Source: Eledone cirrhosa (taxonomy: Eukaryota). From it: 64,000 bases of DNA. Within the stretch, counting starts at the first letter, position 1; the number at the start of each line of letters is the position of its first letter. Where the stretch lies: NCBI GenBank assembly GCA_964016885.1, contig OZ024748.1:47430001-47494000 (forward strand). The letters run 5' to 3'. This document shows positions 42,512 through 57,012 of this stretch, piece by piece. Position numbers and translations under genes: made by a program. The notes beneath the pieces were generated by a model. It ran no database searches and had not been told where the DNA came from. It saw nothing but the letters and a program-made list of their open reading frames with translations.

Positions 42512-43001
42512 TATAGGATGGTAGGCTTGGACATTCATAGGCTACCTAAGAGGAAGTGATGCTAGAGCTGTGAAATCTTGCATGCATTAATGTCATCTCT
42601 TCTTATTAATAACATCATTGTTTCTTTCGAGAGACAATGTTGAAAAATAAACCTCATTTGGTCATTCCATGAGAGTATCTTGGTCAGCTTATGGAGGAAT
42701 GAGATTAGGGCTGTGAAATCTTGCATGCATTAATGTCATTTCTTCTTATTAATAACTGCATTGTTTCGTTCCAAGGACTATGTTGAAACATAAATCTCAT
42801 TTGGCCATTCCACGAGAGTATCTTGGTCAGCCTATGGAGGAGTGCTGCTAGGGTTGTGAAATCTTGCATGCATTAATTTCAAATCTTTTCATTTGTAACT
42901 GCATTGTTTCTTTCCAAGGATTATGTTGAAACATAAACATCTTTTGGTCATTCCATGAGAGTATCTTGGTCCGTCTATGAACTTTTTAGCCCACCCTCGT
43001 A
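42512..43001. mobile_element. Mariner-derived MITE containing three 143-bp tandem subterminal repeats
   Basis: The right end reads TACGAGGGTGGGCTAAAAAGTTCATAG on the minus strand; degenerate left TIR. Repeat units start at 42567, 42710 and 42853. Confidence 0.7.
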
Positions 43002-44309
43002 AATCAGAAATCTATGAGAAAATTTCTATGATATTTTATTATTTTATTTAATTTCATTTCTTATACAAAACCTGGATTTGGCCAAATAATCATATCGAAG
43101 CCCTGAGTAGCCCCACTGAGCTCTTGGAGTTCTATATTTACACCCGTCCCCCAAAATTGGGGAAACATGACATAGGAAAACCCTCGTAGGTTCGTTGTTT
43201 TCGTCAAAATTATTTCATATTAAAATCGTGTTAATTAATCGTTTATTTTATCAATTTAGAAGAAGACAGACAATTATATTAGGAAGAACGCCATCAGTTT
43301 CGCCATCTTGGATATAATGAAAAATGAATCCATTTATGTCGTCGTCATAAAACATTGGAACATAAAGCAAAAAAAAACACAAAAGTAAAAAAAAAACCCC
43401 GAAGAATCTCTTTTGTTATATATTTTATTAAATGTGTTTGTTTAGAAAATGTGTCTTTCAAACAGAAGGCTTTAGGCATCTCGTAGAAAAATTTTCCCCA
43501 AAACACCACCATCACCACAATCAATACCAGCACCAACAACAACATCAACAATTTCTATTTTCTAAATCATGTAGCTAAATTCGATGGCATGGCATAGTCT
43601 CATATTAATGAACTAGTGAACAAACAAACATAACGATGATTTTAACAGAACCAATTCCATTGCCTCCAAGAGAACAGGTGTTAGTAATTAGAGGAATTGG
43701 CGTCATAAAAGACAAATTATGGCTGATTATAGTTCAACGCTAATTCACTTTACACAATTTGATGTGATGCCATAGCCTAAATTTCACAAAATAGTAAATG
43801 CTTTAACCGGATTAAAAATAGGCTTAGCACTTTTAGTGCAGAGATAGTATTAACTGCAGAGACGAGTTCGGTTCACAAAATAGAGAATGTTACACACAAA
43901 CGCATTTACTGAGAGAGAGAGAGGGGGGAGAGGAGGGGGGAGACTTCGTAAGTCACCCTTATTCGAGTAGAACTCGGTATTAGATATTTTTTCTTGAAAT
44001 TATTGTAATTAAACAATGAATAAACTCTATCAACGATACTTTGCTCTTTCGTGAGATTGCAGATCAAGAGCCCAGGAATATTGTAAAATACATTTAGTAG
44101 TTTCCGTATTTTTTACATACGTTCATATGCATACATGGTCCCGTAACACCAAAGGGAGTCGTAAGGTGCAGTATTTACATACGGCGTTTCTAAGACATCT
44201 TAAATCTGGCAGAGCCCATCTTTCTGCAGTTCTGAATACAACAGATTTCTCACAGAGAGGGATAGAGAGTCAGAGGCTGGAAGTGAGAAAGAGGTATAGA
44301 GATATTATA

Positions 44310-44450
44310 ATAAGAATCGATCCGAGTACTAGACTGGTACTTTTTTTTTATTGAACTCGAATGAATGAAAGGCAAAGTTGACCGCGGCGAGATTTGAACT
44401 CTGAGAGCAGAAAGACGAAAAGAATTCAGTCTGACGTTCAAACTCACCGC
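44310..44450 (-). mobile_element. Diverged SINE
   Basis: CTGGTAC...ATGAAAGGCAAAGTTGACC..GATTTGAACTC. Confidence 0.7.
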
Positions 44451-44451
44451 C

Positions 44452-44573
<122 letters not shown>

Positions 44574-45011
44574 ATTATGGCTAAATATTGAGTTTTGTTA
44601 GTTTCGCTTGCCTCTGAAAGGTTCGCCAGACAAGAACAGCAGGCGAATCCCGAGAGAAACAAAACATATTTAGCCTTAATAAAATGAATGTTTAAACTCT
44701 ACATCGGCTACTTTGGTATTGAGTGCTCTTTCCTCTTGGCAGTCAAATACATGCGGTTATATATATATATATGGCAATACACCACCGAACACTAATATAT
44801 ATATATATATATATATATGTAGGAATGGAGTTTTATTGTAGTACAATAAATATGTTAATTTAAAACTGCACTATCCACAAGTGTTTTTTAACCTTCATAT
44901 CATGTCCTCCTATTTTATCTGATGAAAACACAAATGTTATTGCATGATGATATTTGTTTTTGAAATGCGCATAATAAAATACATGGAACTCATTTAACCA
45001 TCTTTTGATCT

Positions 45012-45112
<101 letters not shown>

Positions 45113-45350
45113 TTTACATATATATATACATACATATACGTGTTTTGCAACGGGTCACTTTGTGGCTCAATGAAAATTTAATAAATTGTTTCGGTTATTT
45201 GTTGGAGATTTCTTCATAGAAGCCTCATTCTTATAGCCTGGTCTATTCGAATTTTTATATAGTTAATTATGCTAATTGGGAGAGGAAATGGTATATATTT
45301 TATCTTGTGATTCTATAGACATGTTTTATGATATATATATATATATATAT

Positions 45351-45582
45351 ATGGTGGCTGCCAACTCGTTTTCGAGTACGGCCACTACTTTATATCCATG
45401 TAGGAGAACCCCTACAGATGCGCTGAACGAGTGCGACTTTTTAGTCCAGCCAGCGACTTGAAAACTCTGGTACAAACACTACACTTGTGACAATTATTGA
45501 CACATAGTGCTGGGCCCATGGTACCATGTGACGACAAGTGCAGAGAGATCTCCAGATATAAAGCAATGCCTGTGCCGTGAAG

Positions 45583-45590
<8 letters not shown>
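45351..45590 (-). mobile_element. Copy of the 6242 repeat in (TA)n
   Basis: Near identity to 6243-6480. Confidence 0.75.
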
Positions 45591-45638
<48 letters not shown>

Positions 45639-46569
45639 TGTTCGGTGGTGTATTGCTTCCTGACAACTTCAGTATAATAGGAAAGATTACGATGTGTGAA
45701 CAAATTGATTAAAGTGATGTGTGCACTCTCTCTCTCTCTCTTTCCATGCAAACGTAATCCAGCATGAAATGATACTAGTGGAAGTGAATGCTATGATATA
45801 AACTCTTTGAATCATAACAAGATCAGCTGAAGAACTCCTAGATTGCATATCTGAAGGGATGTGTGTTGTATTATATGAGACAGAGGGGAGAGAGAGGGGA
45901 GAGAGAGGGGAGAGAGAGAGAGGGAGAGAGGGGGGCAGGGTTACAGCTGCCATTTCTCGATTTTTGTCATATTTTATTTCCTAGAAATCCTTTCTTGGAA
46001 TCACATCACACGTGTTATCAAAGGGATCCTTTGATCCGTTATGAGAGGGAAATTATTCTTGTTGTACAACTAAAGTAGATATTACCGATCAAGTCTGACT
46101 TGATGCAACAGAAATGCAGATTTGTGATGCATCTGTTTCCAATACAAATTCAATGTTTACATCAACAATGTTTACAGCAACAAAACTTACAGATTTTTCA
46201 ATTTTCTCTTTCAATTCTTTCCGAAATTCATTCTGTATAGTCTGTGATAAAATAAATGTCTTTCTTTGAACAAAAGAAGTTGGAGCAGTGGAGAATGTGG
46301 ATTAGCAGAATTGCCAGAGCGTTGAATAAAATATTATTCCGATACTTGTACACATGCTGTCATTAAAATATGTTGATACAAGTGAGGCATAAAAAGGTCC
46401 GAACACAAACACCCATAGTCACTGCCTCCGTCTCTCCTACTCTCACCATGTCTCACCGGGACCCACGCGCTGGTCATACCGAGGCCCTGGCTGACAGAAT
46501 AAAGAAGGCGTTTCCCCGGAAGATGGTAAGGGAGGTGCGAGGCTTACACCTGCGGGTAGCCAACTCTGT

Positions 46570-46935
46570 GCCGATGGGGGTGAGTAGGGAGGCGATCCTA
46601 GGGCCAAGGACACCAGAAGCTGATGTCGGTGAGTAGGGAGATGGTTCTAGGGCCGAAGGCACCAGTAGACGATGATGGTGAGTACGGAGGTGGCCCTAGG
46701 GCCAAAGACGCCAGAAGCTGATGGTGGTCAGTAGGGAGGTGGTCCCTAGGCCAAAGACACCAAAAGCCGATGGTGGTGATTAGGAAGGGCCAAGGATACA
46801 AGAAGCCGCTAGTAGTGAATAGGGAGGTGGTCGCTAGGGCCAAGGACACAATAAGCCGCTAGAAGTGATTAGGCAGGTGACCCTAGGCCAAGGATACCAG
46901 AAGCCGATAGTAGTGAGCAGGGAGGTGGTCCCACG
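46570..46935. repeat. 49-bp minisatellite, ~7 diverged copies
   Basis: CTAGGGCCAAGGACACCAGAAGCTGATG..GAGTAGGGAGGTGG at 46598, 46647, 46696 and onward. Confidence 0.85.
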
Positions 46936-47065
46936 ATACCATAAGTCTCTAATGACAAACGATATGGCATATCAAGTACCTCTACACATCCAACAGAGTA
47001 GTCTCCAGTAGAAGCAGCCAAGAGCGATTGTGTTTAGTCTGGACGATGGGTTATGTTTACTCTAC

Positions 47066-47250
47066 GGAGAATCGGCAGTATCGGTAGAGGGTCGGACGCC
47101 ATGCTTTGACGCATAGAGTTACGGCTCTTGCCATTCTGAGTTCAAATCCCGCCGAGGTTAACTTTGCCTTTCATCCTTACGGGGTCGATAAAATAAAGTA
47201 CCAGTAGTGCACAGAAATAATTGCTGGCCCTGTGCCAAAAGTAGAAACAA
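47066..47250 (+). mobile_element. SINE, near full length
   Basis: Same family as 16623. Confidence 0.85.
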
Positions 47251-47406
47251 ATGTATTTTATATGATATTCTAACATTACTCCCAGTTTACCGTCTTGAAG
47301 TCTGATCATTTCTTTAGTAATCAGCAACAGCCATATCTCATTTTCACCCCCTCTGCTGATAGATATTTTTGTTAAGTATATATATAAATAATTATTTAAA
47401 TGTATG

Positions 47407-47460
<54 letters not shown>

Positions 47461-47489
47461 CAATATATATATATATATAAATATATATG

Positions 47490-47545
<56 letters not shown>

Positions 47546-47556
47546 AATATATATAA

Positions 47557-47634
<78 letters not shown>

Positions 47635-47687
47635 GTATGTGTATATATATATATATTTAAATGTATATGTATATGTATATTTAAATG

Positions 47688-47752
<65 letters not shown>

Positions 47753-47795
47753 CAATATATATATATATAAATATATATGTATATATATATAATAT

Positions 47796-47873
<78 letters not shown>

Positions 47874-47926
47874 GTATGTGTATATATATATATATATAAA
47901 TGTATATGTATATGTATATTTAAATG

Positions 47927-47972
<46 letters not shown>

Positions 47973-48364
47973 CATATGTGCGTGTGTATAGAGGTTTACG
48001 TATATCCATATTATATAACTGGACTGAGTTATATAATATCATATTACATGAGTACAATAATAACTCCCTAGATATCGTGAACATATATATCTTTTTTATT
48101 AATCTTACAGATATATGGATATCAAATATATGTGTGAGATATTTCAGTTGGTCCATGATCAATTGTTGTATCATTTATTCAATATTATATTATCTCATAT
48201 AACTCACATCACATTGTATTATAAAAGCAACGAATGATAGCAAAGATGATGATGGTGATGATGATGGTGATAATAATAATTATTATTGTTTTTGTAATAA
48301 CAACAACAATATCAATATTACACCAAAAGACTCCTCGATTCCCATATATTACAACGCGTATAAT

Positions 48365-48861
<497 letters not shown>

Positions 48862-49388
48862 GTTATATTTGGGGAGGGTCATATTTGCGTAATATTGCCA
48901 GAATTAATAACAGAACACACTCACTGTTTGGTTGGTTTTCGCTTCTCGCTGTCTTTTATATATATATATCTGCGATCTAACTTACTCGGTCCTCAATGTT
49001 GCCATTGACTGACCGGCGGTCAAAAATAATACAGATACAATATAGACAAACACATATATATATAGTTTACATAAATCTTTCGTTGCACATCTGCAACATC
49101 GTCAGTGGTGTTATATTCATTGTTCCTCCTGTTGTGTTGTATGTCTACGCCATTTTTTTTTTTTTTGTTCAGTCTGTCTATATATTTATTTATTTATTTG
49201 CTTGTTTGTTTATCTTATTTTATTTTGTCTTCTTTGCGCATGCGTTTGCGTGTGTGTATAGTGTTATGTGTGATGTGTGATGTGTGACTAGTGTGTATAG
49301 TGTTGTCTGCTGGGTGACTAGTGTGTGTTTATGTGCTTGTGTATGTATTTATTTATCTTATTTTATTTAATTTAATTTACTTATTTAT

Positions 49389-52300
49389 TTATACTTCTCT
49401 TAGGTCAGTGTTGTTTGTTTGGGTGTTGTTGTTGTTCCACTCATTCTTTCTGTTTAGCTTTGGTCTTCTAATTTCTATTTCACTGGCCTCTCTGATTTGC
49501 CTATCTGCTGGGTCATTCCTATGTTTAGATATTATTCTAATTTCTATGTTGTCTATGTTACCGTCATGATGTTGTCTAGCATGTTCGTATAGTACTGACC
49601 CGTTTTTTCGTCCTTTTAGTTCCCCCCAGTGTTGGTCTATCCTTTCACCTATGCTACGAGCTGTCTCACCTATGTATGTTGTTGTCGTGTTTCTGCAAGT
49701 ACCCTCTGTACATCTTATGCTATAGACTACGTTTCTAGTTTTACAGTTTATCCGGGGGTTCACCTTACATATGATACATTTCCTATTGGTACAGTGGGTT
49801 TTCTTAAAAGGGTAGGTTTTGCTGATCAGGGATTTTATGGTGGTTCCTGGCTTTTCTACCACCTTTATTTTTAAGTGGGTCTTTCTCAGGGCCTTTCTAC
49901 ACTGGTTAGCTAATTTCCCTCCAGGGGTGGCGTCCACAAACATGACACTCTGATATCTCTGGTTGTCGTACCATGATGTGGCCTTCCCTATCTTATGTCT
50001 AGCCCTATCTAAGCTATTCCATGATTTGCTCCTGTATAGTGGGCAAATTCCTTTCATGTCCAGTTCTATGAGGGTCTTATACTTTTCCATGGCTCCTTCG
50101 TATACTCTGACTCTGTCTCTTTGGTTGTAGCCAGAGAACTGCATGCGGTTGATGAAGTGTTGGATGTGTCCTTCCATTTCTGTTGGGTCGCACATGCTGG
50201 ACACATTCTTCATCACTCGTACCAAATCTGCGATCAGAATATTAAACTTAGCACTACTGGACATTGCTGAGTTTTTGAGTATCAGGTATTTGGAGGCCAT
50301 GGGTTTAGCATAGTGTGAGTGGAGAATTTGGGCTCTCTCGTCTATAGTGTTAATCCAGAGTTCTGTGTCTAATACAGGTAGTCTATTGTTAGGGTGTTTG
50401 GAAGGGAAGTCTATAGTTACAGTTATACTCTGGTGTATGGAATTAGCTATCTGCTGGATGCTTTCCATCGTGCTACGTTCTAAATCAAACTTGTTAGTGC
50501 TCTCTAGTGGGGGTGTTCTTATAACTATATTGATATCGTCTACATAACGAGAGTACATGATGAGGTCTATGGAGCTTTCATTAAGGAGATCTTTAAGTCT
50601 CCTTTCCCACCATACCATGAAAAGGTTGGCAACATCGCCAGCTATGCTGACGCCGATGGCTGCTCCCTCATTTTGGGTGTAGATTTTCTCATTGAACTTA
50701 AATATGTGGCCCTTTAGGGTAGTTTTGATACTAGCCCCTATTGCATGTGCGACCATTTTTCTTACCTGATCAGTGTTTTGGGGGGTCCGTATAGCTTTGG
50801 TCCACCCAATCCACCTTCCTATGGGAGTCTTTTTAGCCATTGAGGTTATGGTGGGGGGTCTACCTCTTATAGGTCTACTAGGGCAGAAACATCTAAGGTC
50901 ATGGCTGTCTAGGTAGTCAGTGTCGTAGGTAAGTCTAAGTAGGAGGCCCAGTTCGTCTGTGTCGACGTCGCAGAACTCCACCTCACTCTCAATGATCATC
51001 TCCACACATCTTTTCACAGCAAAATCAATGTTAATGGATGGGTACAGTGACACCACATCCATGCTGCCTATTATGCAGTTGGATAGGCTCCTGTTTTTGT
51101 TGCACTCACTGATTCTGCTGAGGAGGTCCTCTGTACTTTCACATACATCTGGGGACATCTTGATTATGGGGCGTATAACCATTGAGAGGAAGTAGGAGAT
51201 CCTGTAGTTGCTAGCTATATTAGCTCCGCATACAGGTCTTGTTGGTGGTCCTATTGTCGGGTCGTCGACTGTCTTGTGGTCTTTGCGGAGCCCATACAAG
51301 GGTGGTATGCCATTGTTAGACGCCTGGAAGTTGTTGGCAGTGCGTCTGCTTGGCTTTAGGATGTCAGTCCACATCATCATGTGAGCGTTGAGGATTTTTT
51401 CTCTCCCATCGTGTGTTAGTTGTGCAACTTCGCTCGTGTTGGTGATGTGGGGTTGCATTGCCTCGATGTAGTTCGGCATGCTATCTATTGACATCCTACC
51501 AGACTTATCTGTGGGTAGACACACTACCTCACCATCCCTTGTGCGCTGCTTGAGGCTAACCAAGCCTTCTACAGGTTTTATCCCAAGTTGTTGGGCCTCT
51601 GGTCTGCTCTGTCTCATAGTGTACCTGTCTACTACTTGTCTAATCTTATTTCTAGCTATGGTGAACTGTGCCTCCGTCTCGTCATCTATTTGTTGTGGTA
51701 TGCAAACTCTTTTATTAAAGGGTAACCTCGTAGGATAGATATTACCCATCTTATATGTTTTGTCAGCTGGGTTGAAAAATAGTTTCTCTAAGGGGTTGTC
51801 GTTATTTCTATCGTCATAGTTGTGTGTGTTGCTATTATTGTTATCATGGTGGTTGTTGTTGTTTCTATCCTTAGCATTAATATTATTATTGTTATGATTG
51901 CTAGATGTATTGTTGTTTACTTCACCGTTATTGTTGTTGTTACTGCTATTTCTACCATTGTGGTTGTTACTATTATTATGTTTCTTGTTTTTGTTGATGT
52001 TGCTACATGTACTATTTCCATTATTACCACTGTGGTTATTGTTGTTGTTGTTGTTCGTATTGTTACCGTTATTACTACTGTGGTCACTGTTGCTGTGTCT
52101 GTGGTTAACGTTTCTATTATTATTATTATTGTGGTTGTTGTTGTTCTGTCTATCGCTAGTATTATTACCATTATCACTATTTCTCACTTTCCTGCCATTG
52201 TTATGGTTATGGCTGTTATTTCTATACCCAGAGTTATTGTTTATATTACTACTACCGTTATTATTGTTGTTGTTGTTGTTTACCTTTGCATTCCAACGTA

Positions 52301-53020
52301 TTTTTGTGAAACACTTTTCCAGCTCGTTTTGCATTCCATAGGATTAATCTTTTTGTAGATGGCAAATTTTGGTGGTAACTTTAGGATTTGTTGTTCTTGT
52401 TCACTGATTAAAGTGTTCCCATAGATATTTACTGTGTGGTCATTGGTAAATTCTTCCGGTAGTTTTACATCACTCATACGGATGTTGTCGATGTTATCTG
52501 GGTATTTTTGAGAATATTCGATTTTCCTTTCTTGTAGTTTTTTCTTATTCATCCATTCTAATTTCTTCTTGAAATGCCTACAGCATTCGTTTTGAGCATA
52601 TTTCGTTTCGCGTCGGATGACGCTCATGAAGTCATCTCTCTCGTTTGCTGTGATGAGATTTCGGATTTCCTTACCGTTGATGCGTTTTTGTCTGTAGAGT
52701 GCGTTGACTTTTGTGTATGTTGTTCTTTTCATATTAACTGTTATTGTGTGTTTTAGCCGTTCAGCTTGTGTTTTGTTCAATAATAAATTATTTACTTGTT
52801 TTGATATGTTTGTTGTGTATGTTTTGGAGGAAACACAGTGTTTTAAGAAGCGGATTTGTTCTGTTGTTATTGTAGTTTTTATATAACAGAAAACAGTGTC
52901 TTTCAATAACCTTTCAGCTTGGCACAAGCTAATGCCATAGCGGCGATGAATTAGTTTTGCGAGGTTTTTTATATGAAATCGTGTGTCGAAACAGATATTG
53001 TTATATTTGGGGAGGGTCAT
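49389..53020 (-). pseudogene. Full-length PLE ORF copy with a 1-bp frameshift near 52325 (split into 246-aa and 981-aa ORFs)
   Basis: Reads CCAGCTCGTTTTGC where the intact copies give CCAGCTCCGTTTTGC. Length is 3632 vs 3633 nt. Could be a consensus error. Confidence 0.9.
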
Positions 53021-53525
53021 ATTTGCGTAATATTGCCAGAATTAATAACAGAACACACTCACTGTTTGGTTGGTTTTCGCTTCTCGCTGTCTTTTATATA
53101 TATATATCTGCGATCTAACTTACTCGGTCCTCAATGTTGCCATTGACTGACCGGCGGTCAAAAATAATACAGATACAATATAGACAAACACATATATATA
53201 TAGTTTACATAAATCTTTCGTTGCACATCTGCAACATCGTCAGTGGTGTTATATTCATTGTTCCTCCTGTTGTGTTGTATGTCTACGCCATTTTTTTTTT
53301 TTTGTTCAGTCTGTCTATATATTTATTTATTTATTTGCTTGTTTGTTTATCTTATTTTATTTTGTCTTCTTTGCGCATGCGTTTGCGTGTGTGTATAGTG
53401 TTATGTGTGATGTGTGATGTGTGACTAGTGTGTATAGTGTTGTCTGCTGGGTGACTAGTGTGTGTTTATGTGCTTGTGTATGTATTTATTTATCTTATTT
53501 TATTTAATTTAATTTACTTATTTAT

Positions 53526-55313
53526 TTATACTTCTCTTAGGTCAGTGTTGTTTGTTTGGGTGTTGTTGTTGTTCCACTCATTCTTTCTGTTTAGCTTTGG
53601 TCTTCTAATTTCTATTTCACTGGCCTCTCTGATTTGCCTATCTGCTGGGTCATTCCTATGTTTAGATATTATTCTAATTTCTATGTTGTCTATGTTACCG
53701 TCATGATGTTGTCTAGCATGTTCGTATAGTACTGACCCGTTTTTTCGTCCTTTTAGTTCCCCCCAGTGTTGGTCTATCCTTTCACCTATGCTACGAGCTG
53801 TCTCACCTATGTATGTTGTTGTCGTGTTTCTGCAAGTACCCTCTGTACATCTTATGCTATAGACTACGTTTCTAGTTTTACAGTTTATCCGGGGGTTCAC
53901 CTTACATATGATACATTTCCTATTGGTACAGTGGGTTTTCTTAAAAGGGTAGGTTTTGCTGATCAGGGATTTTATGGTGGTTCCTGGCTTTTCTACCACC
54001 TTTATTTTTAAGTGGGTCTTTCTCAGGGCCTTTCTACACTGGTTAGCTAATTTCCCTCCAGGGGTGGCGTCCACAAACATGACACTCTGATATCTCTGGT
54101 TGTCGTACCATGATGTGGCCTTCCCTATCTTATGTCTAGCCCTATCTAAGCTATTCCATGATTTGCTCCTGTATAGTGGGCAAATTCCTTTCATGTCCAG
54201 TTCTATGAGGGTCTTATACTTTTCCATGGCTCCTTCGTATACTCTGACTCTGTCTCTTTGGTTGTAGCCAGAGAACTGCATGCGGTTGATGAAGTGTTGG
54301 ATGTGTCCTTCCATTTCTGTTGGGTCGCACATGCTGGACACATTCTTCATCACTCGTACCAAATCTGCGATCAGAATATTAAACTTAGCACTACTGGACA
54401 TTGCTGAGTTTTTGAGTATCAGGTATTTGGAGGCCATGGGTTTAGCATAGTGTGAGTGGAGAATTTGGGCTCTCTCGTCTATAGTGTTAATCCAGAGTTC
54501 TGTGTCTAATACAGGTAGTCTATTGTTAGGGTGTTTGGAAGGGAAGTCTATAGTTACAGTTATACTCTGGTGTATGGAATTAGCTATCTGCTGGATGCTT
54601 TCCATCGTGCTACGTTCTAAATCAAACTTGTTAGTGCTCTCTAGTGGGGGTGTTCTTATAACTATATTGATATCGTCTACATAACGAGAGTACATGATGA
54701 GGTCTATGGAGCTTTCATTAAGGAGATCTTTAAGTCTCCTTTCCCACCATACCATGAAAAGGTTGGCAACATCGCCAGCTATGCTGACGCCGATGGCTGC
54801 TCCCTCATTTTGGGTGTAGATTTTCTCATTGAACTTAAATATGTGGCCCTTTAGGGTAGTTTTGATACTAGCCCCTATTGCATGTGCGACCATTTTTCTT
54901 ACCTGATCAGTGTTTTGGGGGGTCCGTATAGCTTTGGTCCACCCAATCCACCTTCCTATGGGAGTCTTTTTAGCCATTGAGGTTATGGTGGGGGGTCTAC
55001 CTCTTATAGGTCTACTAGGGCAGAAACATCTAAGGTCATGGCTGTCTAGGTAGTCAGTGTCGTAGGTAAGTCTAAGTAGGAGGCCCAGTTCGTCTGTGTC
55101 GACGTCGCAGAACTCCACCTCACTCTCAATGATCATCTCCACACATCTTTTCACAGCAAAATCAATGTTAATGGATGGGTACAGTGACACCACATCCATG
55201 CTGCCTATTATGCAGTTGGATAGGCTCCTGTTTTTGTTGCACTCACTGATTCTGCTGAGGAGGTCCTCTGTACTTTCACATACATCTGGGGACATCTTGA
55301 TTATGGGGCGTAT
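53526..55313 (-). pseudogene. 5'-truncated PLE copy (starts at IRPIIKMSPD; RT core + GIY-YIG)
   Basis: Matches the C-terminal part of the 1210-aa ORF and ends at the inversion junction. Confidence 0.92.
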
Positions 55314-56508
55314 TAATGAAAGCTCCATAGACCTCATCATGTACTCTCGTTATGTAGACGATATCAATATAGTTATAAGAACACCCCCACTAGAGAGCAC
55401 TAACAAGTTTGATTTAGAACGTAGCACGATGGAAAGCATCCAGCAGATAGCTAATTCCATACACCAGAGTATAACTGTAACTATAGACTTCCCTTCCAAA
55501 CACCCTAACAATAGACTACCTGTATTAGACACAGAACTCTGGATTAACACTATAGACGAGAGAGCCCAAATTCTCCACTCACACTATGCTAAACCCATGG
55601 CCTCCAAATACCTGATACTCAAAAACTCAGCAATGTCCAGTAGTGCTAAGTTTAATATTCTGATCGCAGATTTGGTACGAGTGATGAAGAATGTGTCCAG
55701 CATGTGCGACCCAACAGAAATGGAAGGACACATCCAACACTTCATCAACCGCATGCAGTTCTCTGGCTACAACCAAAGAGACAGAGTCAGAGTATACGAA
55801 GGAGCCATGGAAAAGTATAAGACCCTCATAGAACTGGACATGAAAGGAATTTGCCCACTATACAGGAGCAAATCATGGAATAGCTTAGATAGGGCTAGAC
55901 ATAAGATAGGGAAGGCCACATCATGGTACGACAACCAGAGATATCAGAGTGTCATGTTTGTGGACGCCACCCCTGGAGGGAAATTAGCTAACCAGTGTAG
56001 AAAGGCCCTGAGAAAGACCCACTTAAAAATAAAGGTGGTAGAAAAGCCAGGAACCACCATAAAATCCCTGATCAGCAAAACCTACCCTTTTAAGAAAACC
56101 CACTGTACCAATAGGAAATGTATCATATGTAAGGTGAACCCCCGGATAAACTGTAAAACTAGAAACGTAGTCTATAGCATAAGATGTACAGAGGGTACTT
56201 GCAGAAACACGACAACAACATACATAGGTGAGACAGCTCGTAGCATAGGTGAAAGGATAGACCAACACTGGGGGGAACTAAAAGGACGAAAAAACGGGTC
56301 AGTACTATACGAACATGCTAGACAACATCATGACGGTAACATAGACAACATAGAAATTAGAATAATATCTAAACATAGGAATGACCCAGCAGATAGGCAA
56401 ATCAGAGAGGCCAGTGAAATAGAAATTAGAAGACCAAAGCTAAACAGAAAGAATGAGTGGAACAACAACAACACCCAAACAAACAACACTGACCTAAGAG
56501 AAGTATAA
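55313..56508 (+). pseudogene. 5'-truncated PLE copy (starts at NESSIDL; YVDD, thumb, GIY-YIG)
   Basis: Matches the C-terminal ~400 aa of the 1210-aa ORF and begins at the inversion junction. Confidence 0.92.
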
Positions 56509-57012
56509 ATAAATAAGTAAATTAAATTAAATAAAATAAGATAAATAAATACATACACAAGCACATAAACACACACTAGTCACCCAGCAGACAACACTAT
56601 ACACACTAGTCACACATCACACATCACACATAACACTATACACACACGCAAACGCATGCGCAAAGAAGACAAAATAAAATAAGATAAACAAACAAGCAAA
56701 TAAATAAATAAATATATAGACAGACTGAACAAAAAAAAAAAATGGCGTAGACATACAACACAACAGGAGGAACAATGAATATAACACCACTGACGATGTT
56801 GCAGATGTGCAACGAAAGATTTATGTAAACTATATATATATGTGTTTGTCTATATTGTATCTGTATTATTTTTGACCGCCGGTCAGTCAATGGCAACATT
56901 GAGGACCGAGTAAGTTAGATCGCAGATATATATATATAAAAGACAGCGAGAAGCGAAAACCAACCAAACAGTGAGTGTGTTCTGTTATTAATTCTGGCAA
57001 TATTACGCAAAT

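Noticed and set aside
44915-44935. CTGATGAAA as a hammerhead core
   Set aside because: No stem II followed by GAAA, and no stem I or III pairing.
51478-52358. Hydrophobic antisense ORFs within the PLE
   Set aside because: Mirror of the Asn-rich tract and the RT coding strand.
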